A stretch of 64,000 nt of DNA from positions 1-64,000 of IMG/VR virus record IMGVR_UViG_3300023174_000120. One strand, written 5' to 3'. The position numbers and the translations under genes are program-made. Below are positions 41,501 to 49,968 of the stretch, piece after piece. This DNA is from a virus. Under the pieces are notes generated by a model. It worked only from the letters and a program-made list of their open reading frames with translations. It did not search any database and was not told the DNA's origin. Numbering within the stretch: the stretch's first letter is position 1; the number at the start of each line of letters is the position of its first letter.

Positions 41501-42342
41501 GATGCTGCTGCACTGATTTTAATAACATCTTTATGCACCCATCGATTATATCTAGACCAAGAATTTAGATCTTTACTGGCTCGATTAATGGTAACATATT
41601 CGATATTCTCTGGAAGATTTTTGTAACCATCAAAAGGATAATCATCAAAAGGATCGGCATCAAAATGATCGATATAAAGTGTTGTAATATCTTCTGAAGA
41701 ATTTAAATCATCGTATGGTACTAATTTAATTACAGATCCAACACCTTCGACAAAAAAGTCTCGCCCTTGATAAGATTCAGGAGAAACATTTCCTAAAAAT
41801 CTTAACTTCATTCCATTTAATAAATCAATTCCGTTATAGGTGTAACTGGAAGTTGTAAGAATATCAGTTTCAATGTTCAACACCTGTGTGCTGGTATTGT
41901 TGATGACTACATTATCAGGGCCGTTAACTAACCAATAGTAATTTTGATAATTTACAAATTTATCCCAATCAATATGAGGGTCGTATGAATAAAAACTACT
42001 TCTATATAACCTATCAAAATTATCAGGATACCCACCATTCAGCTGAATCTCGTTAGTAAGATCATCTATGCCTATTACATCTTGCACTGTTCCTAAACTG
42101 TCTTTAATAACACAGGCTGGTTCTAATTGATAGTTTCCACGAAGGGGTGATGATTCAGCAACATAGATATCGCTAGTGGAAACATAATTAGGCGTAATTG
42201 TAGATCCTATGTAACCATCTATTCTTTCTAGCTGGGCAGGATTAATTAATTGATCAAGTGTACTGGATAAGAATTTAGAATTTTTTTCAGTTCTTAAAAA
42301 TTCAGGTAGTAAATTAATTGATTTAATATCTTTAGCGGCCAT
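29521..42342 (-). CDS. giant (4,273 aa) baseplate/virion structural protein
   Basis: Uninterrupted ORF directly downstream of the gp6-like gene, with FG-GAP-like repeats and an EF-hand/dockerin-like motif. Confidence 0.8.
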   Translation of the reverse strand: MAAKDIKSINLLPEFLRTEKNSKFLSSTLDQLINPAQLERIDGYIGSTITPNYVSTSDIYVAESSPLRGNYQLEPACVIKDSLGTVQDVIGIDDLTNEIQLNGGYPDNFDRLYRSSFYSYDPHIDWDKFVNYQNYYWLVNGPDNVVINNTSTQVLNIETDILTTSSYTYNGIDLLNGMKLRFLGNVSPESYQGRDFFVEGVGSVIKLVPYDDLNSSEDITTLYIDHFDADPFDDYPFDGYKNLPENIEYVTINRASKDLNSWSRYNRWVHKDVIKISAAASDQQPVYPSDKRARRPIIEFKADLKLYNYGSVGIPDIDLIDTTTTDAFNTVEGSAGYYVDGVLLEQGHKVIFTADTDSTVRSKIYQVNYVVIQNTTRLTLEEIAVPAAGSVTSAILGNDYAGTSWWYDGDTWIYAQQHTTINQAPLFDLFDNQGNSYSDITYYKSDFAGNKIFGYEIGTIYDPILQFKIKYRNSVGTGSYLFKNYFMTDTISISVDSQTTKIISTGITYCKLDNEYVNVWSGTDTYPIPTLVSPETGDTYYEPPLGLTNNPLNGSISSLTLSEIADHVNNSQRRLISNINPLAFAQIFIGKKEHNLIDAIDKAAEQYNQYKLAFLRKITKIDNQTDPVAAVDQVLNELNADKDTLSPYYLSDMTPYGTDKIVRTWTVTNSRNKIYSITTDYDPLVLSMRAVLVYLNGSQLIHDIEYQFEVNDSSVKILVDLAVGDTIVINDYTNTVGNFVPSTPTKLGLYPKYIPKIFNDTTYVDQDTMVIQGHDGSLMIAYNDYRDDIILEFEKRIFNNIKASYRNELLDYNTVIPGAFRATQYTQDEIKGIINGDFNNWAGIYGIEITSNSSFDEGNPYTWNYTNTYNSTVDTNLTGSWRAIYKYFYDTDRPHTAPWEMLGFTIEPDWWSTLYGPAPYTSGNSLLWEDLSAGRINGVVNPLYVREGLLDVIPVDEFGDLLDPTELIVQDNSITPGKIRSLWTFNQQGPAETAWRRSSYWPFVLQKLLALTKPADYAALLYDPIRLTKNIADQWTYGDDHQFLSPDVVKIHGNGSDLTTGYSVFVSEAGRQRTGNYIQELKSDLAYVDFNLFYKVGGFISKNKMQIIIDAIDPTSSSSGAILPPEDYNLILNTSNPVKVTAISGIIVQKSNGKFIVRGYDNYRPYFNVYPAVRNATTPTITVGGVSQPYVLWKSSSSGGSTGLTDVDVTTAQSATYGVFYQQGQIVSYGDRFYRVKINHKSGDTFNANLFQLLPSLPINGGVSVQTAIRYDKKVVQIPYGTEFDKIQEVYDLIVGYGAWLEDQGFIFDQFNNDLQTILDWKFSGNEFLFWTTQNWADNSVITLSPFADQVKFYSADSVVDNIFDNFYHRAVLQVNGKAIRHSNLSVNRDNGTCTIRTSNTPQGIYFVVLNNVQKEHAMVFNNTTMFNDTIYDVETGYRQRRMKLVGFRTAGWNGDYFSPGFIYDTAVVDDWKTYTDYRYADVVRFNGNYYSANKNIPGDSEFDFTKWTVLRSKPTADLIPNFDYKISQFEDFYSLDIDNFDSAQQKMAQHLTGYTPRVYLNNIFTNPISQYKFYQGYIKEKGTRNSIAKLAKASIHNLQGDIDYTEEWAFRVGHYGSYETFKELEVSLVEGKFIENPQIIKFIDSVPSVPNDLIYYSTSTSWSIVPTDYVATTTFVTTSSTDMFQLPIAGYVNFDDVNYTAYNETAVLSIQDSGTLIKRGDTVWVAAKKNNDWGVFRYTLSSSRIIGASVEDGTTGELTLKTDKTHYLSKGDIIAIYECDSRIDGIYIVKSVSNKITEFVIDYPTPNAITELASTGLLFKFVNSRYSLYDELPSDNTLLQFPVKTKLWVDDDGSGNWVVYQKVKNYNRYSIAGSNSIANEKLGWSLTKAKNSNIFMVGATGYKSTNNTGTVFVYAEKYDVEKNKGSVEVKIRYNLNTNSITYHAPGGNAEFGYSLAYDDRDFIGVTGSSGYGIFFAGAPGASGTKSNDFSSIRYAYNTGTVSTSTQEGLVKISSIDPLTNEEYTQRVLLSPNPSSYERFGHSLYVQQTETDDGKLLLVGAPQIYNQGTGHVYAYLVTTSTVTTGTIDLSYVESVTTSSVTLASGDRWGYSISGSDDAGVIAIGAPGHSNNAGIVSIFTGTSLTYIQTISSPFGDHSKFGEVVKVSSDGSYLFVSAIDARGTDQSYGKVAVYTLTNHLFVLDSVLENPLPTVGMKFGQAIDINNNNTELVISAIGKNKHIITTFDTYKDLLSSADQPDPTTPYAKNPDSATLAESTTFDADSTVFYDSSNDSGSVYIYNRKTNKFRLTYELVPVNASSGTNYGYSVAVNDNSIYVGAPAYSSDTPGAVHQFYKIDTESDSLQAIRKQNQLVDLNTVQKISIIDSFNEEVIDYLDTIDPVKGKIAGQADQDVRYKSLTDPAIYSTGTSATVNNTDINWLDSHVGELWWDLSTVKYVWYEQADVTYRKNNWGRVFPGSSIDIYEWVGTPYLPSEWSQIADTVAGLSQGISGQPKYPDDSVVSIKQVYNSATLSFENRYYFWVKNKVTLPNTKNRRITANQIASIIADPTLYGLKYAAIIDQDSMMLSNLGDTLVDDRIHININYDIINNPIPLHTEWLLLQEGLATSRPNTLLEKKLFDSLLGHDSLGNPVPDPALSSRARYGISIRPRQTLFKNRSEAIRNIVEFSNGVLITNRITGNYSFANLNKQETVPYEDSHRYDEVVEDNEGLLTVDTRNFVKAEISCEIENGRIVTVNIDNPGYGYKISPLVKLPTDSLAEIKTIIDQYGSVIDTEIVNAGSKFTTAPVLQVRSYTVIVLADAENNGKWSEFVYDVSTSTWSRIHTQQYNTTIYWDYRDWISPDYNPFVDYAYTVDEIYELESLEDLQAGDYVKIKNGGLGYYIIVERVLDGMVGDFSEQFNIVYSENGTIQILDTVWDFANSNLNFDQVSSYDQTLYDQTPDTELNYILIALRDDLFINDLKVNWNYLFFKAVKYALSEQKLLDWAFKTSFINVVNNAGTLDQRTVYKLQNTEYFEDYIKEVKPYHTNIRSFTSKYSVLEPTGSYNTDFDLPSYYDKNTNQFTSIEILASESSSTFTITNTLTNVYPWKSWTDNYLTSGTVRTNLIGMKFDRVSRGIEIENLQTVDTFICNGSDNSFVLSWEAEPDKSKITVTLGGALVLGLDYSITYYDEDYGQFTGEYRKNRSKIVFLNYTPPIGQTLVVSYYKKTSLLNAADRVLNFYTATAGMPGLDLGQLMTGIVYPKTRVEGLMFDYATDWDVYTGYDSSSYADSVGFYTSTTSSSASSSVGGTWTSIHLSSIAGVSIGQYVNVSSTVTQTFTTATVQVVDINTSTNLVIFNTTTFATISTGSSIEFWTLDSEMSILDSAIEGGTWNTSTRVGALGINPEDITIDGDGFITANTSYAPEELVPGEVNESLGINVYTKNPQGGPIVLSSYVNVVAGTTTTQTLGIVPPSADNIIVTFNNNIFTYITGTNFTASTYTIDWAANQIVLPPQAVSGNLGYTIVSIGGGRPDQEAGVIDSSSVSVIGTSTVQAQSLSSYQSVKSAYVTLNGQKIESTGTGVYYELTYANSINRRAAVNVHRLPTDKTNTVTAWFFGTYNKYFNEVKEETFTITGSTYYTLSYPPGNIEPVAEEAIVELYDPATGQRNILRPPHTDYYKVVNLYSTTFPINNTGTYTLGSSLRVYVNGIELKPGFEYSVVGGTQVSINFGICQVNDVVAVLSKPATPNYDYDIVGNVLSLEPGFSTSKQIKVITYNNHDNMFIRTEQFIGLAGRRYQISRPALNDNYVWVIVNGIPLVNKLDYEILDDLVTVQISSRFEHTASDKITIISISDSPLATTVLGYRVFNDIFNRTHFKRLSKQNTTYLTQPLSFTDTEIYVADASVLTPPLVAKNMPGVVIIDGERIEFFTVTGNVLGQLRRSTLGTAPSFYSEENTKVIDQGLDQTVPYKENIYKQVLLTSTSTNTYSISSIDYVANTGTYHQYINDGITFSTNLILQEGQGFISNQIDVRYGGRKLNKTGTFHQDITVSYDSPRYTSIGTTSTVDLLPSTTVMGQGYIVEDTNQVWIYENSVDSSSVNGYVYRGLDYQPPEFTVEIIDKTMALNFGIDAVKMAIGVLPEDLLYDLNGDGQVTLTDALSYVKLAVGYDFTELGFTVNTESNASLLIKNSFDLILNIDNGVQGGIKLVVTKKDLTTVWNDIISSDETKSLMVSSTTQAKFLQLRPAELPDKYYYGGDPGLVGDDGYAITTDEDQPLEGN

Positions 42343-42344
42343 TA

Positions 42345-45300
42345 TTAATTTCCACTATTGGTTACAATTGAACTGGTTTTCAATTGATTAGCTGTAATTG
42401 CTGGAATTATTTCTATATCATTGGCTGTTGCGCCATTAATAAACAGTTCATTTGTCAAACAGGCCACTTCGTATAGGCTTCCAAAATTATTATTAGACTT
42501 AGGAACAATAACAAAGTTAGTAATATCTGGAGTCATTATATTCATAATATAAGTTGCCAATTCACTAAAATAAAAACTTTGGCCGAAATCCCAATTTTCT
42601 AAACTGAAGAAATTTTGTATAGCAGATAATATACGACTTTTTAATTCATTATCACTAACCGGTATTGCTGGATTTTTTACCGCTTTAAATTTTGCCTGGA
42701 GATTAATATCTGCTAAATCTCCAAACAATACTTTATATCGTACAGGTTGAAAAACAATTTCGTCGCTAATTGATTTAATTAAATCTAGTTTTCCACCATA
42801 ATTTTGTTCTAAACTTTGACTAGTAGGAGCCATCGGTTCTGTGCCTGTTTTTGTTATTAACCAGGATCTATAAGCAGTATCGTAAGAAGCTGTTAACAAA
42901 TATACATCTATAATATTACTCTTACTAGGATCAATTCTACGATCTTCTCCGCTATTATGAATGTAATGGAATTTCAAATTAGATCTACCAGGATATGCAA
43001 AATAATCCGGCTCATATACCCAAGGATCTAATGTTCCAGCAAGATCGGCCGAATAACTTTTTACAACATTATAGTCCGGGTCATAAAAATAATAAAGATC
43101 CCCGTCACTAGGAGTTCCTACAACACTGTCCGGATTAGGAAATGGTGTAAACAAATCACTGTCTTGTAGTTGATATCTCAATCCATCATCAGATAGTTTA
43201 AAGTAAACAAATTTATATAAATTGTCATATGAATTAGTCGATGCAGGATCTACAATATTATTAAATGAATCAGGATCTGTTATTTGTCCGGCGTTATCAT
43301 AATCATAAAAACTTACTCGAACTTTTTTAGGCTCAACATATCCATCCGGTTCAATAATAGATCCATCAATTTGCCACCGATAATCTTTATTTAGAGCGGT
43401 AGTGCCTGTACTAATTGTATTAACAGATAATACCGTGACCTGATCTTTTACAACAGTATTGCTAACAAAATCATAATTTATAGAATCATTATCTATAAAG
43501 AAAGCTGTTTCTTTTTCGCTTTCAAAAATATAATCTGTTATCCTATATCTAACTTTATAATTATTTCCAGTCCAAGTAAATGCTATTAACCAGCTGGCAT
43601 CCCTATTAGAATTTTCTGTATTTCCTTGATATACCAAACTAAATGGATTTACTAAATCTATATTAGTATCTACAACAATATTCCAAGTCCTTGTTAGCTT
43701 ATCAAAACTTAAACCAAAATTTCTTTTATTAATACAGAGATTTACCAATTCATTTTCAAAGGCAGTGCTTAATACATTGATAAAGTTAGGAATAATTTCA
43801 ACTGCCACGGCACCATTGTCGACATAATTGCTTAGAATAATAGGACCTGTTCCGTCATCTAATGCTCCCTGTCCGTCATTAGACCCGTTACCGATTACCT
43901 GTAGTACTTTAGCCCAGAGATAACTAGTAGTATTATTTCCAGCAGAAGAAACTAATTTACCAGTAGAAGAAAAGTATTTGTCAGTTGGTGCTGCAAATTT
44001 TACCAAAGCCCCTGTGGTGATGTAGGACAAATTATTTGAAGTAGACACCCCCACATTTAACGGTCCCGATAATTCTGTAGATTGTCCCAAGAAATACCCC
44101 CGTGGCTGTCCAATAACCGGTGCTTGCCATACACCATATCCACTTAAACTTGGTCTATCATATTGATCAAAATAAAATGAACGTAGAGCGGAAGATGCTA
44201 CAATAGGTTCTAATTTTTGTTTTAAAATTGCCAATATTTCATTTTTATTGGTAACATTGAATTCAAAAATTTGTTCATGATTATTTTTGTAAATCATGCC
44301 ATCTGCCGCAAAGATATTGGTCTTGCTGTATTTTCCACTGACATCGCTGAGGTCAAAATATTTGCTTAATCCACTACTGATTCTGTTAACACTTTTAACC
44401 TTTAATATATCGCTACCCAGTGTGAGGGGGGCAATGTTATAGTCCTCGGCGGTAACCATTCTGTTTTGTGTGTAGAAGGCCTGCGGCGCTTTATTTTGAA
44501 TACTGGTATTGGTTTCTGTAGCAGCACTATTGGTAACTGTGTAACGAAGACCCATATTCAATGTTAGTGAATGGCTCTGGCCTTGCTTATTGGTATAAGG
44601 AATCTCAACAACAATACCGCCCATTTGTTCCGGCTTAATAACATAGGTAAGACCGTTACTTTGACGATAATAAATTACAAATTGACCTTTTGGTAAATTA
44701 CCAAAACTGCCATCAGCAAAATTTAAATCAATTTGATCTTGATCTCTTGAGGTAACGCTGTATATGTTTCTTTCATTCTTATCAACACTGTTGTAGATAA
44801 TGTTGTTTCCGACAACATCAGGAACTCGTGTCCACAGAGTTGAATAGCCACCGTTACCATCCAACTGCCATAACCATACATCAGAGTTATTAATATTTGT
44901 AGAATTGATTCCAATAATTTCGTTGGCTACAGGACGATCTAAACCAAATGTTGATCTATTTAAACTGCCTTGACGGAAATGAACAAAAAAACCTGTATTA
45001 GCACTGTTGAATCCTTGGTTGTCGTTACGATACAAAAAACTAAACGTGTTGGCAGGGCGAGGAGTTTCTTCGTATATAGTGGTTGCTCCGGAAAAAGTTG
45101 CCGGAACAATTTCAAAATTCATAGCGGTTCCGTTAATGTTTTTAGTGAAACTGTAGATCGGAACATCACTATTGGTGCTGGATATTCTATACTGCTCGGT
45201 TAAAATCCCATCGATGGTAGCTCTATCATAAGGTTTTCCAAACACAAACGAACCAGGTATAGCAGAATTTATAACGCCAATAAACTGTTGATACCAATTT

Positions 45301-45746
45301 GAATTGGTAGAATCATTCCACAATATGGTAGTATTGGCTAAATTATTGCCGGATCCATCAAATACACTATCAGTTGTAGATATAGAATTTAATTTAAGGA
45401 ACCCCGAAGCAGGTGTATTACGGGTAGGAACATAACTAACCAATTGTGCTAGTCTTAATATGCTGTCTCGACGTTGAGCGGTTTCTAAGAAATTTTCACG
45501 AGCATTAAGGTCAATACGAAAACTTAAATTCTGCCCAAGATAAGCAATAACATCAATTAACGCAATGTATTCACTGCTTTCGATATAATCATTAAAATCT
45601 TCAGGATAATTTTCCTGAAGATAAGAAATCATTGTTCTTCGTAAGGTTTCAAAATCATAGCTTTTGAAATCAGCATTTCTGAAAGATTGATATATTTTTT
45701 TCCAATCTTCGCTTACTAGTAGTTTTGTGTTAGTTGATGGAATCAT
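42345..45746 (-). CDS. gp6: baseplate wedge protein (gp6-like)
   Basis: DFETLR...DFND, ENFLETAQRRDSILRLA, FADG.FGNLP and QNRMVTAEDY. Confidence 0.85.
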   Translation of the reverse strand: MIPSTNTKLLVSEDWKKIYQSFRNADFKSYDFETLRRTMISYLQENYPEDFNDYIESSEYIALIDVIAYLGQNLSFRIDLNARENFLETAQRRDSILRLAQLVSYVPTRNTPASGFLKLNSISTTDSVFDGSGNNLANTTILWNDSTNSNWYQQFIGVINSAIPGSFVFGKPYDRATIDGILTEQYRISSTNSDVPIYSFTKNINGTAMNFEIVPATFSGATTIYEETPRPANTFSFLYRNDNQGFNSANTGFFVHFRQGSLNRSTFGLDRPVANEIIGINSTNINNSDVWLWQLDGNGGYSTLWTRVPDVVGNNIIYNSVDKNERNIYSVTSRDQDQIDLNFADGSFGNLPKGQFVIYYRQSNGLTYVIKPEQMGGIVVEIPYTNKQGQSHSLTLNMGLRYTVTNSAATETNTSIQNKAPQAFYTQNRMVTAEDYNIAPLTLGSDILKVKSVNRISSGLSKYFDLSDVSGKYSKTNIFAADGMIYKNNHEQIFEFNVTNKNEILAILKQKLEPIVASSALRSFYFDQYDRPSLSGYGVWQAPVIGQPRGYFLGQSTELSGPLNVGVSTSNNLSYITTGALVKFAAPTDKYFSSTGKLVSSAGNNTTSYLWAKVLQVIGNGSNDGQGALDDGTGPIILSNYVDNGAVAVEIIPNFINVLSTAFENELVNLCINKRNFGLSFDKLTRTWNIVVDTNIDLVNPFSLVYQGNTENSNRDASWLIAFTWTGNNYKVRYRITDYIFESEKETAFFIDNDSINYDFVSNTVVKDQVTVLSVNTISTGTTALNKDYRWQIDGSIIEPDGYVEPKKVRVSFYDYDNAGQITDPDSFNNIVDPASTNSYDNLYKFVYFKLSDDGLRYQLQDSDLFTPFPNPDSVVGTPSDGDLYYFYDPDYNVVKSYSADLAGTLDPWVYEPDYFAYPGRSNLKFHYIHNSGEDRRIDPSKSNIIDVYLLTASYDTAYRSWLITKTGTEPMAPTSQSLEQNYGGKLDLIKSISDEIVFQPVRYKVLFGDLADINLQAKFKAVKNPAIPVSDNELKSRILSAIQNFFSLENWDFGQSFYFSELATYIMNIMTPDITNFVIVPKSNNNFGSLYEVACLTNELFINGATANDIEIIPAITANQLKTSSIVTNSGN

Positions 45747-45794
45747 AGTTTTAACAGTAGATATCGTATTTATTGACGTAATAAACTGGATATA

Positions 45795-46232
45795 TTATTG
45801 GATCGCCGTTCCGGTTTCTCGGTTGAACGATATCTTCATATTAGAGGATTGATCGGTACCGACTACCTGTAATGTTAGTTCTAATAGGTAACCATCTTGA
45901 TATTCAGTTAGATCCATTTGCGTAGGATTTACCCTAGGATCTGCTGTACATACTGTTTTAATATCATTTTTAAGAAGTTCAGTAGTATCATCGGTTAATG
46001 GTTCCATAATTAGGTCCCAAATAATACTGCCAAACTCTGGCTTCATAACACGCTCGCCGCGTTTAGTATTAAAATGATTTATGATATCTTGTTTGATTAA
46101 ATCAATATCAAAAAGATTATTACCTTCATTGGTGGTATCAACAGTACTGAATCCTTTATAGAAATGATCCTGTTTTGTAGGCTGTTGATATATGGATTCT
46201 TGGGTAGTAATTACTAATGTTTTGTAAGCCAT
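45795..46232 (-). CDS. gp25: baseplate wedge subunit (gp25-like)
   Basis: IKQDIINHFNTKRGERVMKPEFGS...DPRV. Confidence 0.85.
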   Translation of the reverse strand: MAYKTLVITTQESIYQQPTKQDHFYKGFSTVDTTNEGNNLFDIDLIKQDIINHFNTKRGERVMKPEFGSIIWDLIMEPLTDDTTELLKNDIKTVCTADPRVNPTQMDLTEYQDGYLLELTLQVVGTDQSSNMKISFNRETGTAIQ

Positions 46233-46240
46233 AATAATAT

Positions 46241-47794
46241 TTATTCAGCCTTTTTATTTGCTGTTCCTGTTAACACATCGGTAGCTGTTGAGCTGACCTT
46301 AACCCTGTTGGTGTTATTTTCGTGCTGTATCCAAGGCTCATGTACCGGAACACGCTGCATGATGCTTTGTAAATCATCTGTTTTGTATCTATCTGCATTG
46401 GTCCACGCATCTTCTACATATTTGGTATTAGGGAGAATAAACTTAGATAATGCATCAGGTATTGCGGCCGAATCAGCAGGAGTGGCTGTGGCCGCTGTAG
46501 GACCATTCATATGAATTGCCCTGGCAGATTCTAAATGCTGTCCCTGTGTAGAAATATTGGTATTACCATTGGCTGAAAAATTATTATTTGCTCCGGCAAC
46601 AATATTAAAATTACCAGAAGCAGTTTGTTTAACATCCCCTGTTACTTTAATATCAAACCCAGCATCTGATTTTAATTTTGTACTACCGGTTACAGATTGA
46701 TCTAAATTACCTTTGAATTGAATTTTGCCATCAACGCCAACTATAACATTATGATTTTGATCGGTGTTAATATTCAAATCTCCAACTGAATGTATATTAA
46801 CATTCCTACCTGCTTCTAAATTAATATCTCGATCGGCTCTGAAATTAAAATCTGTTTCAGAATGTATACTGATCGAATCTCGAGAATAGATATCAATCTT
46901 GCCATCACTGGTTAATTCGATCCAGGCTGTTCCTCGACTGTTGGCAATGTAAATTAAATCGTGAGTATTATGTAATAGTATTTGATGGCCGGTCCTAGTT
47001 CGAATCCTTACCAATTCGTTGTCGCCGTTTTTATCGCCATCGTCCATAACAAAAGTAGTTCCACCGAGCCGGCTAACTGGCTGAAGTTTACTGGCTCCGT
47101 CATAACCAACTTCGGCTTTTTTACCGTTAGGGTCAAGTGGGCCCGGGGTGCTTATACCAAATACTTTACTAGGTGCTTCGCGTCTTGCTGAACTAGATGT
47201 TATTCCTCTAATATTATCGGCTAATAATCCTTGATCTCTTAAACGTTTGGCAAATGGATGTAGTGGTTTCTTAAACTTACTAACATTTGGTCCGGCATTT
47301 TGAAACTTTGGAGATTTAAGAAATTCCCCAACTGGCAGCGGCCCATCTGTATATTGTCTTGTTTGTTCTTGAGATATATCCACTGTATCACTAGCGGCAA
47401 TACCTGGGACCATTTGATTTTGAAACTGGTCCATAATGCACCCGATCCAATATCCTTGGTTAGGATCCCCGTCAATGAATATGACTAATACTCTAGTTCC
47501 TATATCAGGAGGAACCATCCACATACCATAACTTTTCTGAACATCGTCAAAGTTATTACTGTTAGGACCTTGATATTTGTCCGAGGTTACTCCATAGAAC
47601 GGACTAAGATATTTTACAATATATGTGTTTGACTGATCGGTGGTATCAGGATATAAACCCTTGATTAATCCTACTTCCAGCCTGCCCATAAAAGTAGGAT
47701 CTAAATTGTTGGTTATTATTCCAATAAATGGACCGGGCGAACCTAATTTTGACCTAGTTCTGGTATCTACAAAATCCATAATTTTAAATTCCAA
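46241..47794 (-). CDS. gp5: baseplate hub/central spike (gp5/VgrG-like)
   Basis: OB-fold motifs DPTFMGRLEV and PPDIGTRVLV.F.DGD, RTRTGHQI, and beta-helix repeats. No lysozyme domain is evident. Confidence 0.8.
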   Translation of the reverse strand: MEFKIMDFVDTRTRSKLGSPGPFIGIITNNLDPTFMGRLEVGLIKGLYPDTTDQSNTYIVKYLSPFYGVTSDKYQGPNSNNFDDVQKSYGMWMVPPDIGTRVLVIFIDGDPNQGYWIGCIMDQFQNQMVPGIAASDTVDISQEQTRQYTDGPLPVGEFLKSPKFQNAGPNVSKFKKPLHPFAKRLRDQGLLADNIRGITSSSARREAPSKVFGISTPGPLDPNGKKAEVGYDGASKLQPVSRLGGTTFVMDDGDKNGDNELVRIRTRTGHQILLHNTHDLIYIANSRGTAWIELTSDGKIDIYSRDSISIHSETDFNFRADRDINLEAGRNVNIHSVGDLNINTDQNHNVIVGVDGKIQFKGNLDQSVTGSTKLKSDAGFDIKVTGDVKQTASGNFNIVAGANNNFSANGNTNISTQGQHLESARAIHMNGPTAATATPADSAAIPDALSKFILPNTKYVEDAWTNADRYKTDDLQSIMQRVPVHEPWIQHENNTNRVKVSSTATDVLTGTANKKAE

Positions 47795-49967
47795 GCGTTG
47801 TTACAGTAACATCTGTCTTGTATGGATCCTGAAAAGTTACATTATTATCTATCGGTTTAGTAACCTTAATATTATCGGGCAGTTGTCCAGGAACCCTAAC
47901 CAGCTTTAATCTCTGTTTAAATAATCCATCTTTAAAAGAACTGGCAACTTCCGTTACCATAAAAACTCCGCTGGCATCAGCAGAGCTGGATTTAAACTCA
48001 AGAGATCCGGTTTTTTCATTAATATCAACCGGGTTACTAAATGTTAAAGATATTAATACCTGTCCATAAAATCTATCGGCTTCGTTATCTTTGGTAACAC
48101 CTTGTTGATTTTCGCTTGGTGCAGGATTATAATTTCCGATTCCGCCTGTGACAAGATAAAACGGATCTCCAATTATATCTAAATCACCGGTTACCCTACT
48201 AACAGAATTTATTAATGCCAGGTGCATATTTTTTGCCATAGCAGTATAAGGATCGGAATTGGGTTGATTGGCATTCATTTCATTGCCTGGATGAACACTT
48301 GCTCGAGAAGATGCAGATTGAGTTTCTGCACGACCAATTATTGAATCAATAGGGTTCACTCCATGTAATTCTATAGCATTATCGCTATTAATTGTGTCGG
48401 CTACTCCTTTATCATTATTTCTACCCAATGCTCTAGGGATAGCTTCAAAATATAGATAATTATAATCTAATTTAAAAGCAGTGATATCCACATTCATTCC
48501 AGTATAGATATAATTGTAATCCCTTAATACTAGAGTTTTTAATTTAGTTTTATCAATTTTTTGACTATTCCCATATGTAGGAATAAAGGTATAATGAACA
48601 TAATGCTCAGTAACGATGTAAGTAAATATTTGATAAGGTCTGCCTTTGGGTGAATTAATTGTTTTTTTATTTTCAACGTGAAGACGAATAAGAAAATACT
48701 TAACTCGCCCAAAGGTATCAGGATTATCTCCTTTTCCTATATTTTCTAGTTTTGTTTTAACATAAGAACTGTCTCTTATGGTAGCAGTAATAATATCGTG
48801 AATATTATCACCTTCTTTAAATTGTATAGTTGGCGAAGCAGCAGATGTTCCTAGTGTTTCTGCCAACGATGTGGTAGTACTGGCAGCATCGTGGCGAATT
48901 AATCTAACCAAATCTCCGCCTGCATGACTATATGATATATCGGCATTGGCAATTTCGTTTTCTGTTTTACTTTCTAAATCCCATCCTTTACCATTAATCC
49001 ATACAGGGAATTTTATTTCATAGGTATCGCAATCTTTATCTTCAATATTGGTAGCATAGGTAGGATCTTTGATTTTTCCATTTAAATTCTCCATGAAATT
49101 TTTTAAAGTATCTCCTACCTTGGTACCCGACATCGATGTACCAGTTTGTAATTTTCCTTCTTCGCCGAACCCTTTATCAGCAAACGGCACAGCCGTGCAA
49201 GAATATTTGGTTCCGTTTTCAGTTAATTCGATGCTCATGCCTGTAAAACGTATTAAAAAATGACGTGATGTGTTGGGGATAGATTCAGGTCTAGGTAGAT
49301 CTTTATTGTCTTTATAACCTATAAAATCAATGGTCAATAAAAAGCTAGCATTAGAATAAACTTCATATCCAGCCGCCTGTGCTGTTACTTGTAATGCTTC
49401 AATAAAACCATTAATACTATATGGTTCAAATACGTCAAAAGACATATTAGTCGGTAATGTAAGCCCACCGGCTTTGCTAGGAGCCATAATAGTTCCTATT
49501 TCTACATTATCGATATACATGTCAAATCGTCCAGGGCTAAATTTGTTAAAATCATTAACTAATTGTTGAGCCGATTCTTTATCGTATCCAGTAAGAACTT
49601 TAAAGTCAACCTTTCTGGTTGTTACCGAAGAAACAATATCACTTTCGGAGGTAACAGTGCTTGTTACTTCCTTGGTGTCTGTTCGAAAAACTGGGGATCC
49701 GGTTACATTACCAGTTAAACCTTCAGGTCCTTTACCACCAGATCTTAAAATTACAAAATTTTTAGAACTATCTCTATAATTTTTAGGATCATTTGCCGAA
49801 TTAATACTAACAGCGGACAAGGTAAAGTTATAGGTGTAAGACCTATAACTGTTAAGAACATTGGACTTACCGGACGATTCTATATTGAGTGTGTTAGATT
49901 TATTAGTTTTTCTATCTATTCCTTTAGGAAGAACACTGGTAAAAGAAACTGGATTATAATCCGACAT
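47784..49967 (-). CDS. baseplate hub protein (gp27-like)
   Basis: Sits between the gp53-like and gp5-like genes. Contains IIGDP and 'SGVFMVTEVASSFKDGLFKQRL'. Confidence 0.6.
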   Translation of the reverse strand: MSDYNPVSFTSVLPKGIDRKTNKSNTLNIESSGKSNVLNSYRSYTYNFTLSAVSINSANDPKNYRDSSKNFVILRSGGKGPEGLTGNVTGSPVFRTDTKEVTSTVTSESDIVSSVTTRKVDFKVLTGYDKESAQQLVNDFNKFSPGRFDMYIDNVEIGTIMAPSKAGGLTLPTNMSFDVFEPYSINGFIEALQVTAQAAGYEVYSNASFLLTIDFIGYKDNKDLPRPESIPNTSRHFLIRFTGMSIELTENGTKYSCTAVPFADKGFGEEGKLQTGTSMSGTKVGDTLKNFMENLNGKIKDPTYATNIEDKDCDTYEIKFPVWINGKGWDLESKTENEIANADISYSHAGGDLVRLIRHDAASTTTSLAETLGTSAASPTIQFKEGDNIHDIITATIRDSSYVKTKLENIGKGDNPDTFGRVKYFLIRLHVENKKTINSPKGRPYQIFTYIVTEHYVHYTFIPTYGNSQKIDKTKLKTLVLRDYNYIYTGMNVDITAFKLDYNYLYFEAIPRALGRNNDKGVADTINSDNAIELHGVNPIDSIIGRAETQSASSRASVHPGNEMNANQPNSDPYTAMAKNMHLALINSVSRVTGDLDIIGDPFYLVTGGIGNYNPAPSENQQGVTKDNEADRFYGQVLISLTFSNPVDINEKTGSLEFKSSSADASGVFMVTEVASSFKDGLFKQRLKLVRVPGQLPDNIKVTKPIDNNVTFQDPYKTDVTVTTLGI

Positions 49968-49968
49968 A

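Noticed and set aside
46998-47008. GTTCGAATCC T-loop-like sequence
   Set aside because: It lies inside the gp5 coding region with no cloverleaf around it. No tRNA was seen in the window.
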